This document shows, piece after piece, positions 18,294 to 28,082 of a stretch of DNA of 64,000 nt (its first letter is position 1; the number at the start of each line of letters is the position of its first letter). Position numbers and translations under genes: made by a program. The notes under the pieces were generated by a model, which was not told the DNA's origin, did no database searches, and saw nothing but the letters and a program-made list of their open reading frames with translations. The DNA comes from a virus (taxonomy: Duplodnaviria > Caudoviricetes). The stretch lies in the IMG/VR virus record IMGVR_UViG_3300021255_002694; one strand, given 5' to 3'.

Positions 18294-18656
18294 ATGATCT
18301 CAAAAGAAACATTCAGATGTGGAAATAATACTCTTGTTGGTCTTGATGCAAAAGAGGTTCTTGAATTTTTATTTAGTCGCAATATGGGATGTGGTTATCA
18401 TCTTGTTACAGATTACATGAATGTCGGTTTCTCTATTGGAATCCCTTACGGTAATGCTAGATTTAATGTAATTCACTTTGATGATAGGAATAGTTACAAC
18501 AAAGGCTTTATTGAATTTGAGTTTGATTACATTAAACCTAGTATTTGGAACAATAAAAGAAATATCATCAACTATACTCTTACTGCTGGAAAGATTACAA
18601 GTTCTTCAGTTGGTTTGAATCCAGAATATATTGATGAAATCTTTAGACCTGCATAA
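18294..18656 (+). CDS. hypothetical protein (possible short tag MISKE|T)
   Basis: AAGGAG SD. Confidence 0.65.
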   Translation: MISKETFRCGNNTLVGLDAKEVLEFLFSRNMGCGYHLVTDYMNVGFSIGIPYGNARFNVIHFDDRNSYNKGFIEFEFDYIKPSIWNNKRNIINYTLTAGKITSSSVGLNPEYIDEIFRPA

Positions 18657-18682
18657 TATAAAATAATTAAATGGGTGATTGT

Positions 18683-19099
18683 ATGAAACTCATATATGAA
18701 AACATGAGCGTTGATGAGTTTATGAAAAGATACAATTATATGTATGATAAAGAGTGGTATGACGAAAACTTAAAAAGACCGCTACTTGTTGACACAAATG
18801 AGGATTTTGATGATCCTATTAAACTCATTACAAATAACGATTTCATGTTGATTCTCCACAGTTTTGAAAAAGAAGCACTAGAGTATGTAACAGATATTTT
18901 CGGAAAAATTGATATTCCGTTGATTGGAAGTTTTGATTTTGGCGATTTAGTTGATACTTTTTGTGATACATTTAACGGAATACGCATGACAATAGAAAAA
19001 ATATATCTTGAAGATGAACTTGAAAAATTGTATGATATGATTGATAGAAGTTTGGATGGAGTTGCATACTATGACGGTAGATATTTCAAGTTCGCTTGA
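18683..19099 (+). CDS. putative head-packaged acidic protein (tag MKLIYE|N)
   Basis: N-terminal tag. Confidence 0.55.
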   Translation: MKLIYENMSVDEFMKRYNYMYDKEWYDENLKRPLLVDTNEDFDDPIKLITNNDFMLILHSFEKEALEYVTDIFGKIDIPLIGSFDFGDLVDTFCDTFNGIRMTIEKIYLEDELEKLYDMIDRSLDGVAYYDGRYFKFA

Positions 19100-19123
19100 T
19101 CTATGCCGGAAAGGAGTACGTAA

Positions 19124-19771
19124 ATGATATTGACATATGAGAACGATTTTTCCGATACTGATGACTGGACAGATTACTCTGATAGCGATTCTTATGATGA
19201 TAGTGTCGGAGAGGCTTTTTGTGCTGATATCACAGATATACTAAATGATCTTATTGATGAATCAGATATTATTGAAGAAGATTTCACTTCTGAGAGAAAC
19301 ATGAGAAATCACTTTGAGAAACATTGTTTAGGTCATAGTAGAAATAAACATTCTACACGGCAAAACGTCTACTATGACTTTAATGACAATAGCAAATACT
19401 GCGATTATGAGAGATTTATTTCAAATAGATTTGCAGATGCAGATGTAATTTTCGGATCATTATATGCATATGATGATATAATTAAAGCACTTAAAAAGTT
19501 ATTTACTGGTGATTATTTAATTAGATTTGGAACTGGCTGTGGTTTACGCAGTGGTGGAAGACCTGTTAGTTTGTCTATATATGCATTTTCTAGTAATGTA
19601 ACTGAAAATTATCAAGGTGGAAATACTGTCGATATTTGCATTAAGAACGGCGGCGGAAAAACAATTACACTTTATGCTGTTGACGCAAATTATCTTCAAA
19701 ATAAGTTCAATAACTTAATTAAGAAATACTGTGTATATACAGATATTTCTGATTTTGAGTTTAATAGCTGA
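19124..19771 (+). CDS. putative head-packaged protein (tag MILTYE|N), acidic leader plus HFEKH domain
   Basis: Tag; D-rich N-terminus; RNHFEKH motif. Confidence 0.5.
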   Translation: MILTYENDFSDTDDWTDYSDSDSYDDSVGEAFCADITDILNDLIDESDIIEEDFTSERNMRNHFEKHCLGHSRNKHSTRQNVYYDFNDNSKYCDYERFISNRFADADVIFGSLYAYDDIIKALKKLFTGDYLIRFGTGCGLRSGGRPVSLSIYAFSSNVTENYQGGNTVDICIKNGGGKTITLYAVDANYLQNKFNNLIKKYCVYTDISDFEFNS

Positions 19772-19781
19772 GAGGTTTAAA

Positions 19782-20495
19782 ATGAGTTACTATATCTGCA
19801 TGTCAGTTATTCCAAAGATCATTGAACAAAGTGATGTTGTTCCGGTTGCTTTGGAGTTCTGTAAATATATGCTGAGACAAGAAAATATAGAAGAAATTAT
19901 TGGATGTAATATCAGTTGGCTACCTAATTATGCAAATCTTCTCCATGATAAAGAATTAGCTATTTGGAGTTTTAGTGATTCTGATAGTGATTTTCTTTAC
20001 AGCATTTTTAGATATACATTTGTTTACTATAAGAAATATAAGATGCTTTGTGTTATCGGTGATTATTCTGATTATAAGCACATCATATTCCAGAATTCAT
20101 GTGATCAAGATGAAGATTTTAACACATGGCAAGCATTGTATGCTGATAATCCGTGCAGAGATATTTTCAAAGAACTTGTCGATAAAACAGTATCAGGTGA
20201 AAATATTGCAGAAATACGCAAATATTTCAATGATGTTGATTGGGACAGCAATATTGATACTGAACTTGATACTGAATATTTTAAACGATGGTATGTCTAT
20301 AAGAAGATTGAAGATGCTCTATGCATTGATGGTGTTTTATGGGATGCTGACAGCGAGGACTTTTTCAAATTTGAGCTTGGAAAAAGACTCACTATAAGTA
20401 ATATGACAAATATAAAAGTAGCCGCAGTAAAGGCACTTAGTAAAGAAATTGAAAAACTGAAAGGGTTGATGAGTAATGAAACTGATGATTCGTGA
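19782..20495 (+). CDS. hypothetical protein
   Basis: GAGG SD; FQNSCDQD motif. Confidence 0.75.
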   Translation: MSYYICMSVIPKIIEQSDVVPVALEFCKYMLRQENIEEIIGCNISWLPNYANLLHDKELAIWSFSDSDSDFLYSIFRYTFVYYKKYKMLCVIGDYSDYKHIIFQNSCDQDEDFNTWQALYADNPCRDIFKELVDKTVSGENIAEIRKYFNDVDWDSNIDTELDTEYFKRWYVYKKIEDALCIDGVLWDADSEDFFKFELGKRLTISNMTNIKVAAVKALSKEIEKLKGLMSNETDDS

Positions 20496-20988
20496 ATCAG
20501 CGGAAAATGGATCGGAAATGACAATTAAAGAATTTTTAAGTGATGTTAAGAAGATTTATGCAGAGCATTTTCCGGACAGTCAGTGTCAGGCAAAACTAGC
20601 AAAGAATCTAGGCAGAGCAATTTTTATTGATTTTTACCTTGCAAAAGATTCATCTGAGGTTTCACATGGATACGCACAGAATGACATGTTTAAGTGTGGT
20701 TTTGTAATTCATCTGGACGATAATGTTGAAGCTGATTCTCCGATGCCTGATGCAACACTTGAGGCAATGAGTTCTGTGATCGCAACAAAGCCATCAAACA
20801 AGTGGCTTGCTTATGATGCAACTAAAGTTCCGTTTAGAAAGACAACTGGAAATGCAAAGAAGTTGCTTAGTACCATTGAAAAATATGTTCAGAAACTTGC
20901 AAATGCTATTCATACTGAATATGAGAATGATAACATTGCAGATAACTATAAATCTATTGTAAAATCAAAAATCGGTAACATTAAGTAA
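20476..20988 (+). CDS. putative head-packaged protein (tag MKLMIRE|S)
   Basis: Tag followed by a self-standing domain starting MTIKEF. Confidence 0.6.
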   Translation: MKLMIRESAENGSEMTIKEFLSDVKKIYAEHFPDSQCQAKLAKNLGRAIFIDFYLAKDSSEVSHGYAQNDMFKCGFVIHLDDNVEADSPMPDATLEAMSSVIATKPSNKWLAYDATKVPFRKTTGNAKKLLSTIEKYVQKLANAIHTEYENDNIADNYKSIVKSKIGNIK

Positions 20989-21001
20989 TGGGGTGATATA
21001 A

Positions 21002-21268
21002 ATGAAGTTGCAAAATGAAGAACTTGAATTTGACAGAGATGATATGCTTGATGATGTTGAACTACAAGTATTTTCTAAACTGCGCAAATATGCAGAGCGA
21101 CTTAACCATGTTGCAAATTATGAATCAAATCTAGTTCAAAAGAATGATGAAGAACTTGAATTTGTGTTTAATCACTATTTTAAGGATAGTCAGGATTTAA
21201 AAGATGCCATTAGAGATTTAAGAAACTCTATTGATGAGATAGAAAGAATTTTAGGAGTTGATCTATAA
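21002..21268 (+). CDS. putative head-packaged protein (tag MKLQNE|E)
   Basis: Variant tag; acidic, helical. Confidence 0.5.
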   Translation: MKLQNEELEFDRDDMLDDVELQVFSKLRKYAERLNHVANYESNLVQKNDEELEFVFNHYFKDSQDLKDAIRDLRNSIDEIERILGVDL

Positions 21269-21912
21269 TGAAATTGAAGATAAATGAATCAAACGAAGAT
21301 TTTGATATGAGTGAATATGATGATATGCATGAGTATTGCGAAAATTTTGAGGATGAACTTGCTAGTAAGTATTCTGGAAAATCATATGATGAAGTTAGAT
21401 CATTCATGCAGAGAAATGGATTCCACTTTGAAGAAAGTAGTGGGCTTACCGAAGATGAATGTGAAGAAATTTGGTCTAAATACTACGAAGATAATCTGAT
21501 CACAGTCAATATTTGGTTTGAAGTTCTAAAGGGTGATCGCCGTAGAACAGTTGGAAAAATGTTGAATTGCTATGCAAATTTTGAATACTCAAAGAGATAC
21601 AGCACAAATGAAAGTCTTACAGAATCATATAAAGATTACTGGGCGTATAAAGAGGTTTCTAACAACTGGGAATCTGATGTTGCTGTTAAGTTGAATGGAA
21701 AACAGGCAACTGTTGTTATCTGGTATGATAAAAAAGATAGAGATGTTTATGCAAAGTTTAAGATCGAACAGGACGATGGTTTCTGGTTTGTATACGATAT
21801 TACTGATGGCAAGAATCATATGATCAATGACGAAATTGAACTTGATGAAGAAAACGGAACTCTTGATGATGCCGTAAAGAGTTGTTTCTATTACTTCCAT
21901 ACAAGATATTGA
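21268..21912 (+). CDS. putative head-packaged acidic polyprotein (tag MKLKINE|S)
   Basis: Tag; internal STNE|SLTE|S between two domains. Confidence 0.6.
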   Translation: MKLKINESNEDFDMSEYDDMHEYCENFEDELASKYSGKSYDEVRSFMQRNGFHFEESSGLTEDECEEIWSKYYEDNLITVNIWFEVLKGDRRRTVGKMLNCYANFEYSKRYSTNESLTESYKDYWAYKEVSNNWESDVAVKLNGKQATVVIWYDKKDRDVYAKFKIEQDDGFWFVYDITDGKNHMINDEIELDEENGTLDDAVKSCFYYFHTRY

Positions 21913-21937
21913 TATCACAGATGAATATATTGTTCTG

Positions 21938-21970
21938 GCAGCGGTTGCGTTATGACGTAGCCGCTGTTCT
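21938..21970 (+). terminator. intrinsic terminator
   Basis: GCAGCGGTTGCGT/ACGTAGCCGCTGT. Confidence 0.7.
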
Positions 21971-22031
21971 ATTTGTGTAGTTTATACAAAAACAGACTTG
22001 GATGTTTGTGCATTATTTATTTCAAAAACAC

Positions 22032-22070
22032 TTGACAAACAAACTATAATATGTTATACTATATTTGTAA
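22032..22070 (+). promoter_or_regulatory. sigmaA-type early promoter
   Basis: TTGACA-N17-TATACTATATTTGTAA. Confidence 0.85.
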
Positions 22071-22106
22071 TCAGGTTGTTATTGCTGTAACTGAAAGGAG
22101 TTTACT

Positions 22107-22403
22107 ATGAAGAATTTTGTAAATGAATTCAAATCTATGGACGAAGCCCTTGAATCAAGGGGGTTCATGCTCTACGGCGAATACGAACAGTGTTTTATTG
22201 CAAAATACGCAGAAAACAAATACGTTGTAATCTCAATGGACTATGATTCTGCACAAGTCTGGCATGTCACAAGAGACATTACTGACGCAGAGTTTGTTTC
22301 TGGTATGACCGGAGATTATAGTGAGTATGATGCTCTGTATGCGGATAGCATCATTGAAACTCTCCCTCTTACATGGGCGCTTGGTTTTGATGTGAATGCA
22401 TAA
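22107..22403 (+). CDS. hypothetical protein, paralog of C-terminal domain of 22905
   Basis: EAL..RGF.LY...C.IAK...RDITD.EFV shared. Confidence 0.75.
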   Translation: MKNFVNEFKSMDEALESRGFMLYGEYEQCFIAKYAENKYVVISMDYDSAQVWHVTRDITDAEFVSGMTGDYSEYDALYADSIIETLPLTWALGFDVNA

Positions 22404-22422
22404 AAGATCGGGGTGATTCGAT

Positions 22423-22662
22423 ATGACGATTCAGGATTTACTTAAAATGCCAAAAGGCATGAAACCGGATGAGTGGGAAGCTGAGTTGAAACGCAGAAAT
22501 AAAATCAATAATCAACTCATGAAGTTAAGTACAGAGCGTTATGATCTGTTGGATGCGATTGATGTATTAAAAGATGAGATCGGCTCTGACAGGTATAACA
22601 AAAAGAAATCAAGGCTTTCGGAAGTTGAAGCTGAGATTGAAAAACTGAAAGCAAGTATTTAA
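22423..22662 (+). CDS. small coiled-coil protein
   Basis: GGGGTG SD; heptads. Confidence 0.7.
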   Translation: MTIQDLLKMPKGMKPDEWEAELKRRNKINNQLMKLSTERYDLLDAIDVLKDEIGSDRYNKKKSRLSEVEAEIEKLKASI

Positions 22663-22681
22663 CTACAAAGGAGAAATTAAC

Positions 22682-22891
22682 ATGGAGAAAATGCATCACA
22701 TGGACTATGAACAGAAACAGCCTAATGCTGATGCTGTTCAGAGATATCGTGAGTTCATGTTCAATCCGGATAATCAGCATAATTGCTCAGAGTGTCCGGA
22801 GCGCGGCAATAATTCAAGAGATTATGGTCTGCCGTGCGGTCAGCAGCATTGCTGGGTTACAGCACACTGTTTCCGCATTGATGATAACTGA
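22682..22891 (+). CDS. small Cys/His-containing protein
   Basis: AAGGAG SD; CSECP..PCGQQHCW. Confidence 0.7.
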   Translation: MEKMHHMDYEQKQPNADAVQRYREFMFNPDNQHNCSECPERGNNSRDYGLPCGQQHCWVTAHCFRIDDN

Positions 22892-22904
22892 AAGGAGTAT
22901 TATT

Positions 22905-23609
22905 ATGAAGAATGCAAATGATAGAAAAGTAACGGTACGTTGTGATTTCGCGGATAAGGTATGTTCTTTGCTTTTGTGGGTGTCTGATCAGTTGTCGGAT
23001 GGATACTGGGAAGGCAAAGACGATTTTTATGATGAATTCTGGAACTGCTTTGATTTTCGTGAAGTCGATGATAATGAGTTTGAAATTATCATCAAAGGTG
23101 AACCTACTTATGTAGAATATGTTGTAAAAACTGGGAGTTTCCTTGCTATGTCTGACAAAAATGTATGTGACTATATCAGAAGTGTTGTCTTTGACTTGAT
23201 GGATATGTATGATTACGTATTTGAGGACTATTCTAGCATGAGAGTTCTTAATACGTTGCATGACTGCATGAATGATTGGAATGTAATTCATATGGAAATG
23301 TTCAACAAGAATTTTACTCCAATTAAGGAAGCACTAAACACCAGAGGATTTGCACTGTATGATTGTGGTGAACCGTGCTACATTGCGAAACTTGAAAAGA
23401 ACAACTACATTACAGTTTCCAATGACTTCCTGACAACTCAGTTGTGGCATATTTATAGAGACATCACCGATGATGAGTTTGTTAAAATTGTCACTGGTGA
23501 CGATGATGCGGCATTCAGCAAGCTGTACAATGGAGCAGATGTTGATGTTGTGTCTCTTGCATTGGCACTCGGTTTCAGTGGTGTTGATAGTGAGATTAAG
23601 TTTTCCTGA
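22905..23609 (+). CDS. two-domain acidic hypothetical protein
   Basis: AAGGAG SD at ATG 22905; QLSDGYWE motif; C-domain paralogous to 22107. Confidence 0.75.
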   Translation: MKNANDRKVTVRCDFADKVCSLLLWVSDQLSDGYWEGKDDFYDEFWNCFDFREVDDNEFEIIIKGEPTYVEYVVKTGSFLAMSDKNVCDYIRSVVFDLMDMYDYVFEDYSSMRVLNTLHDCMNDWNVIHMEMFNKNFTPIKEALNTRGFALYDCGEPCYIAKLEKNNYITVSNDFLTTQLWHIYRDITDDEFVKIVTGDDDAAFSKLYNGADVDVVSLALALGFSGVDSEIKFS

Positions 23610-23618
23610 AAAAAAAAA

Positions 23619-23650
23619 TAATAAGAGCATCTGCATGATGCTCTTATTAT
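23619..23650 (+). terminator. intrinsic terminator
   Basis: AATAAGAGCATC/GATGCTCTTATT. Confidence 0.65.
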
Positions 23651-23669
23651 TGTATTTGCACATGTAATA

Positions 23670-23900
23670 TTATTTAACAAAACGCCACTATAATATTTTT
23701 TAGTTTGGAATTCAGTAAAACAATATATAGTAATAAATATATTACTATATGTTATATATTTATTACTATATACTAATTATTATATTATAAGATTTATTTG
23801 ATTTTTAGTTTTATTTGAATATTATATATAATATATTATGTAACATTTTGTAACCCTGAAATGTGGAAAATTTTACGATTTCCGTGTTACAAAATGTAAC
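23670..23900. other. extremely AT-rich non-coding tract with nested inverted repeats
   Basis: ATATAGTAATAAATATA/TATATTTATTACTATAT and ACATTTTGTAAC/GTTACAAAATGT. Confidence 0.55.
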
Positions 23901-23988
23901 ACTATGGCTTTTGAGTGTACTGTAATTATGCACAAATACAACAATGTTTTATAGTGTGTTTTTGACACATTATAATTTTGAAAACCAC

Positions 23989-24023
23989 TTGACAAACGAA
24001 TAAATATGTGATATACTATATTT
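23989..24023 (+). promoter_or_regulatory. sigmaA-type early promoter
   Basis: TTGACA-N17-TATACTATATTT. Confidence 0.85.
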
Positions 24024-24049
24024 AAGAATCTTTTACCGTGAGGTGTCAT

Positions 24050-24349
24050 ATGGAAAATACTAAATATATGAATACCGAATATAATTACAGCGGCTACCAA
24101 ATTTATGCTGAGTATTTCAATGATGTTAGAACAATGGCTGATCTTGCAAAAAGGATTAAAGAAATCCCTGACAGTGCTTTAGATATCCTATGTCATGAGG
24201 TTTCTCTAGCACACAATATATGCAGATCACCAGATGAATCTTGTATTCGATATATGATTGAAAATTCAGTAGATGATAATATGGCGCTCTCTCCAATCAT
24301 CAGAACTGTTGAGCATGAGTTTTTTATTAGGAAGTTTCCAAACGGTTGA
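24050..24349 (+). CDS. hypothetical protein
   Basis: GAGGTG SD. Confidence 0.7.
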   Translation: MENTKYMNTEYNYSGYQIYAEYFNDVRTMADLAKRIKEIPDSALDILCHEVSLAHNICRSPDESCIRYMIENSVDDNMALSPIIRTVEHEFFIRKFPNG

Positions 24350-24927
24350 AATTGAGAAAACTGCTTGTGATTAAGAGGATAAAAATGATGCAAGTTAAAA
24401 TGCAAAGTATAGACCAAATCATGAAGAAACGCAAAGAAGAGTTCGATGAATCAATTAAAGAAAAATCAGATGATCTTTTTACAATAAAAGAGAATCTTGA
24501 AATTAAAGTAATAGATCATGGTGACACTTATACCGATCCGGTTAAAGTCAAAGATGCCGTTTGTTGTCCTGAATGTGGAGAGATTGTTTTTCTTGAAAAC
24601 GGATCACGAACATCTGAAAAACATGGCGATCCAGAATCAGATGTATTCAGTTCTGAGAAGATAACATATAGTCTAGTATGTTCTTCATGTGGCTGTAGTT
24701 TTAATGCAACAGAACACATTAAGAACATTTCATGGTCTATTATATTTTTAATATACGTCCCGTTTGTCCTGTTGATCTTGTCATTTCTTTCTACTATTAT
24801 CGGAGAAATAGTTAAACAGGATAAAATAAAACTTATATCAGGTATCGTTTTTGCTTGTTGTGCTTTGTGGTTTATTGCTTTGTCTATTTTAGCACATATT
24901 TTTGGAAATTCTGATGATGGAGAATGA
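24346..24927 (+). CDS. zinc-ribbon membrane protein (paralog of 49210)
   Basis: CPECG...CSSCG plus two TM segments; start uncertain. Confidence 0.7.
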   Translation: MKLRKLLVIKRIKMMQVKMQSIDQIMKKRKEEFDESIKEKSDDLFTIKENLEIKVIDHGDTYTDPVKVKDAVCCPECGEIVFLENGSRTSEKHGDPESDVFSSEKITYSLVCSSCGCSFNATEHIKNISWSIIFLIYVPFVLLILSFLSTIIGEIVKQDKIKLISGIVFACCALWFIALSILAHIFGNSDDGE

Positions 24928-24930
24928 ATT

Positions 24931-25434
24931 ATGGTGAAAAATAAAGTTTATACTGGAACTGATTTTGCAACTGTATGGAATGTTATGCTAAAAGAAGTTG
25001 AACATGTGTATGGAAATGAGTACGCATTCGGAACTATTGCAGGTAAAACAGATTTCACAACTATTGATGATATTCTGTCTCTGTGGCATACTGAATTAAC
25101 GAGTTCATATCCAATTCCCGTGTTTTTGCGATTTCCGGAAACAAATTTGCATCCGAAAGATCAGGTAAGACTTATTGAGTTTATTGCAAATTACTGGAAA
25201 GAGAATAAGAATGAATTTGTGTTCATTATTCGTACACTAAGTAATTACATTATTGAGGCTTGTGAGGTTTATTTCGGAAGCAATGTTGAATTCTTTAATG
25301 TTGAAAATGAAGATCACGTAGAATGTGTAAGTTCTGACAATATTGATATTCTGTATAAAAGTTTCTCTGATGTTTTACAGAAACTTGAAGATGATAGATC
25401 GAGAAATGATGATGAGGTGTCTTATGAAGAATAA
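24931..25434 (+). CDS. degenerate ABC-type ATPase C-terminal fragment
   Basis: FPETNLHPKDQ (cf. EEPExxLHPxxQ) and IIRTLSNYII (cf. xTHS); no Walker A. Confidence 0.55.
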   Translation: MVKNKVYTGTDFATVWNVMLKEVEHVYGNEYAFGTIAGKTDFTTIDDILSLWHTELTSSYPIPVFLRFPETNLHPKDQVRLIEFIANYWKENKNEFVFIIRTLSNYIIEACEVYFGSNVEFFNVENEDHVECVSSDNIDILYKSFSDVLQKLEDDRSRNDDEVSYEE

Positions 25435-26341
25435 TAATGATTCTCTCGGCGCGAGAATGAAAATGTATGAACAGCAGAGCAGATCATTCCTAAAAAGAAA
25501 ACAGCCCGTTATTCTTAGACTTGATGGCTGTCACTTTCATACAGTATCTAGGGGTTTTGACAAACCATTTGATGTTATGATTGAACGGGCTATGAAGCAC
25601 ACAATGCTTTTTCTCTGTTCACATATTCAAGGTTGTGTTTTTGGTTACACACAATCAGATGAAATTACTCTTGTACTGTGTGATTATCAGAAACCTGATA
25701 CAGCGGCATGGTACGATTATAACATTCAAAAGATTACATCTGTTTCAGCTTCTATGGCATCTTTCGCATTCATCGAAGCACTTAGAAATGAGTGTCTGAA
25801 TCTTTCGTGTCTGTTCTTGTCTAATGAAGATGCATCAAGGCGAAGCAAACTTCTTGCAGAAAAGATTGAACAGGGTGCATTCTTTGATTCAAGAGCATTC
25901 AACTTACCTACAAAAGAAGAAGTTGTAAATAATCTTATCTGGCGTGAACAGGATGCTATCAGAAATTCTATTCAAGGTCTTGCTCAAAGTCTGTTCTCAC
26001 ACAGTGAAATTCAGTGCATTAAGAATAAAGATATTCTTGAAAAGATGAAGAAAGAAAAGGGCATTGATTGGAGTACATACCTTACAGGCTATCAGCAGAG
26101 AGGTTGCTGTGCAATTAGGGTAGAGTCTGATGGTGAGTACAACGGTACTCCGGTTAAAAGAACATCTTGGGAAATTGACAACAACATTCCGCTGTTTACG
26201 CAAGATCGTGATTACATTCTTTCAAGAATTACATTTGAGTCTGACAAACAATGCACACGCAATCTTACAGATGAAGAATCTGAAATATACGACGAGTGGT
26301 TAAATTCACAAGCTATGAAAACAGACGAAAAACTGTTTTAA
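25424..26341 (+). CDS. thg1: tRNA(His) guanylyltransferase Thg1-like protein
   Basis: RMKxYE, RLDG..FH, GYTQSDEI, FDSR, WR..DA.RNSI motifs. Confidence 0.92.
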   Translation: MKNNNDSLGARMKMYEQQSRSFLKRKQPVILRLDGCHFHTVSRGFDKPFDVMIERAMKHTMLFLCSHIQGCVFGYTQSDEITLVLCDYQKPDTAAWYDYNIQKITSVSASMASFAFIEALRNECLNLSCLFLSNEDASRRSKLLAEKIEQGAFFDSRAFNLPTKEEVVNNLIWREQDAIRNSIQGLAQSLFSHSEIQCIKNKDILEKMKKEKGIDWSTYLTGYQQRGCCAIRVESDGEYNGTPVKRTSWEIDNNIPLFTQDRDYILSRITFESDKQCTRNLTDEESEIYDEWLNSQAMKTDEKLF

Positions 26342-26354
26342 GGAGTTGTTAATT

Positions 26355-26831
26355 ATGGGACTAGATTATACAATTTATCTCGCAATAAGAGATAAACAAA
26401 CAAAAGTAAATCAACATATTATTGAAATTGCATATTGGAGAAAAGGTTGGTCGATCAGAGACGAACTAAATTCGATAGCAGATAAACCAATTTATAGTTT
26501 ACCAGATGCCTATGATAAGTCTGATATTTGGCATACATGTTCTCCGGCAGTATTGCAAGCTGTTGTTGATCTATTCAGAGATAATATGAATGACATTATG
26601 TGTGATCTCTGGACAAATTCTATTTTTTCAGCAGTATCAACAAGAGATCACACAATACGGCAGTTGGCAAACATCTATGCCGCAAAATACTGGATTTCTG
26701 ATGTTGAAGATGAGGATTCTTTCAGATACATGCATAATGAACCAGATGATATATCAATGGAAAGATTTAATGATGTATGTAAAAACAAAGATAAGTACGA
26801 AATTGTAATTATCTTTGAATGTACTCAATGA
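26355..26831 (+). CDS. hypothetical phage protein (MGLD...YWRK family)
   Basis: MGLD and EIAYWRK motifs. Confidence 0.75.
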   Translation: MGLDYTIYLAIRDKQTKVNQHIIEIAYWRKGWSIRDELNSIADKPIYSLPDAYDKSDIWHTCSPAVLQAVVDLFRDNMNDIMCDLWTNSIFSAVSTRDHTIRQLANIYAAKYWISDVEDEDSFRYMHNEPDDISMERFNDVCKNKDKYEIVIIFECTQ

Positions 26832-26838
26832 GGTGTAT

Positions 26839-28065
26839 ATGAAGCTGTTTGAATATGTGTTAGGTAAATCAATATCTGATGTGGCGTCAAATATTACAAC
26901 ACAGTTATGCGATTTACTAAAATCAAAATTGATTTACTCTGTAGATATTACAAGAATGTGTCAATTTTATGACTATAGAGTATTTAAGGATATATTTAAG
27001 AATGTTCCTGTATCTGTTCAATGCGATACTGGCGCTCCATTAAGTTACTGGGATGCACTGAGATCAGGAACATCGTCATACGACATTGTTACATACAAAG
27101 GAACTAAGATTTTATTCGGTTTTATTACTAGGATTGATTCAAGAACTATTGCACTAATGTCACTAAATACCGAAAAAGATAGACAAGCACTTGACTCGTT
27201 TGTCAAATATCTAAAAAAGAGGGCAACGAAACTTAGTAACTTTGATCCAAATGTATATGCTGTATTCCGTGGAGATAGACCTGATTACTATTCCGGAAAA
27301 CAGCATAGAACATTTAATGATGTGTTTATTCCGAATGAAGTCTACTCTGATTTGAATAAATCGCTTTCTGATTTTGTGAGAAACCGAAAGTGGTACAAAG
27401 ATCACAGTATTCCTTATCATTTCGGAATACTGTTATACGGACCACCTGGAACTGGAAAATCAACTCTGATTTCAGCTATATCAAATAAGTACAAAGCCGT
27501 ACCATTTTACTTAAAAGCTGGTAGACTTTCAGGGTTAGATGATTGCAGATCAGATGTTTCAAATATGCTTAACATGACTGATAATATTAAATTGTTTGTT
27601 GTTGAGGACATTGATTCTTGTAAGTATTTAACGAAAAGTAGATTTGATTACATGGATCATGTACAGTATACAGCACAAGATAACGGTTTGGCGAAGCGTG
27701 AAGCAGAGAAACTTCAAAAGCGTGATGAGGCAGAGAAGTTTGAACGACTTTCTTCTTTTTTGAATATCATGGACGGAAATGCTTGTTTTGAAAATGTAAT
27801 CTGGATATTCACAACAAACTATATTGATGAACTTGAACCATCCCTAATTAGATCAGGAAGAATAGATAAAAAGTTCTATATTGGATATGCTACAAATGAG
27901 ACATTTAATCAATTTATGTTATATCATTTTAAGAAACAAATTCCGGATGGTTTGAGAGTAAAACAAGATGTTTCATTTGCAGATGTTCAAATAGATGTTA
28001 TGAGCGGATTATCGTATAATGATATTGTGAACAAATATATGATAATTGACATGTATAAAAGTTGA
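26839..28065 (+). CDS. BCS1-like AAA+ ATPase
   Basis: GILLYGPPGTGKS, VEDID, LSSFLNIMDG, TTN, RSGRID. Confidence 0.88.
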   Translation: MKLFEYVLGKSISDVASNITTQLCDLLKSKLIYSVDITRMCQFYDYRVFKDIFKNVPVSVQCDTGAPLSYWDALRSGTSSYDIVTYKGTKILFGFITRIDSRTIALMSLNTEKDRQALDSFVKYLKKRATKLSNFDPNVYAVFRGDRPDYYSGKQHRTFNDVFIPNEVYSDLNKSLSDFVRNRKWYKDHSIPYHFGILLYGPPGTGKSTLISAISNKYKAVPFYLKAGRLSGLDDCRSDVSNMLNMTDNIKLFVVEDIDSCKYLTKSRFDYMDHVQYTAQDNGLAKREAEKLQKRDEAEKFERLSSFLNIMDGNACFENVIWIFTTNYIDELEPSLIRSGRIDKKFYIGYATNETFNQFMLYHFKKQIPDGLRVKQDVSFADVQIDVMSGLSYNDIVNKYMIIDMYKS

Positions 28066-28082
28066 TTTTTGGAGGTTGCATA

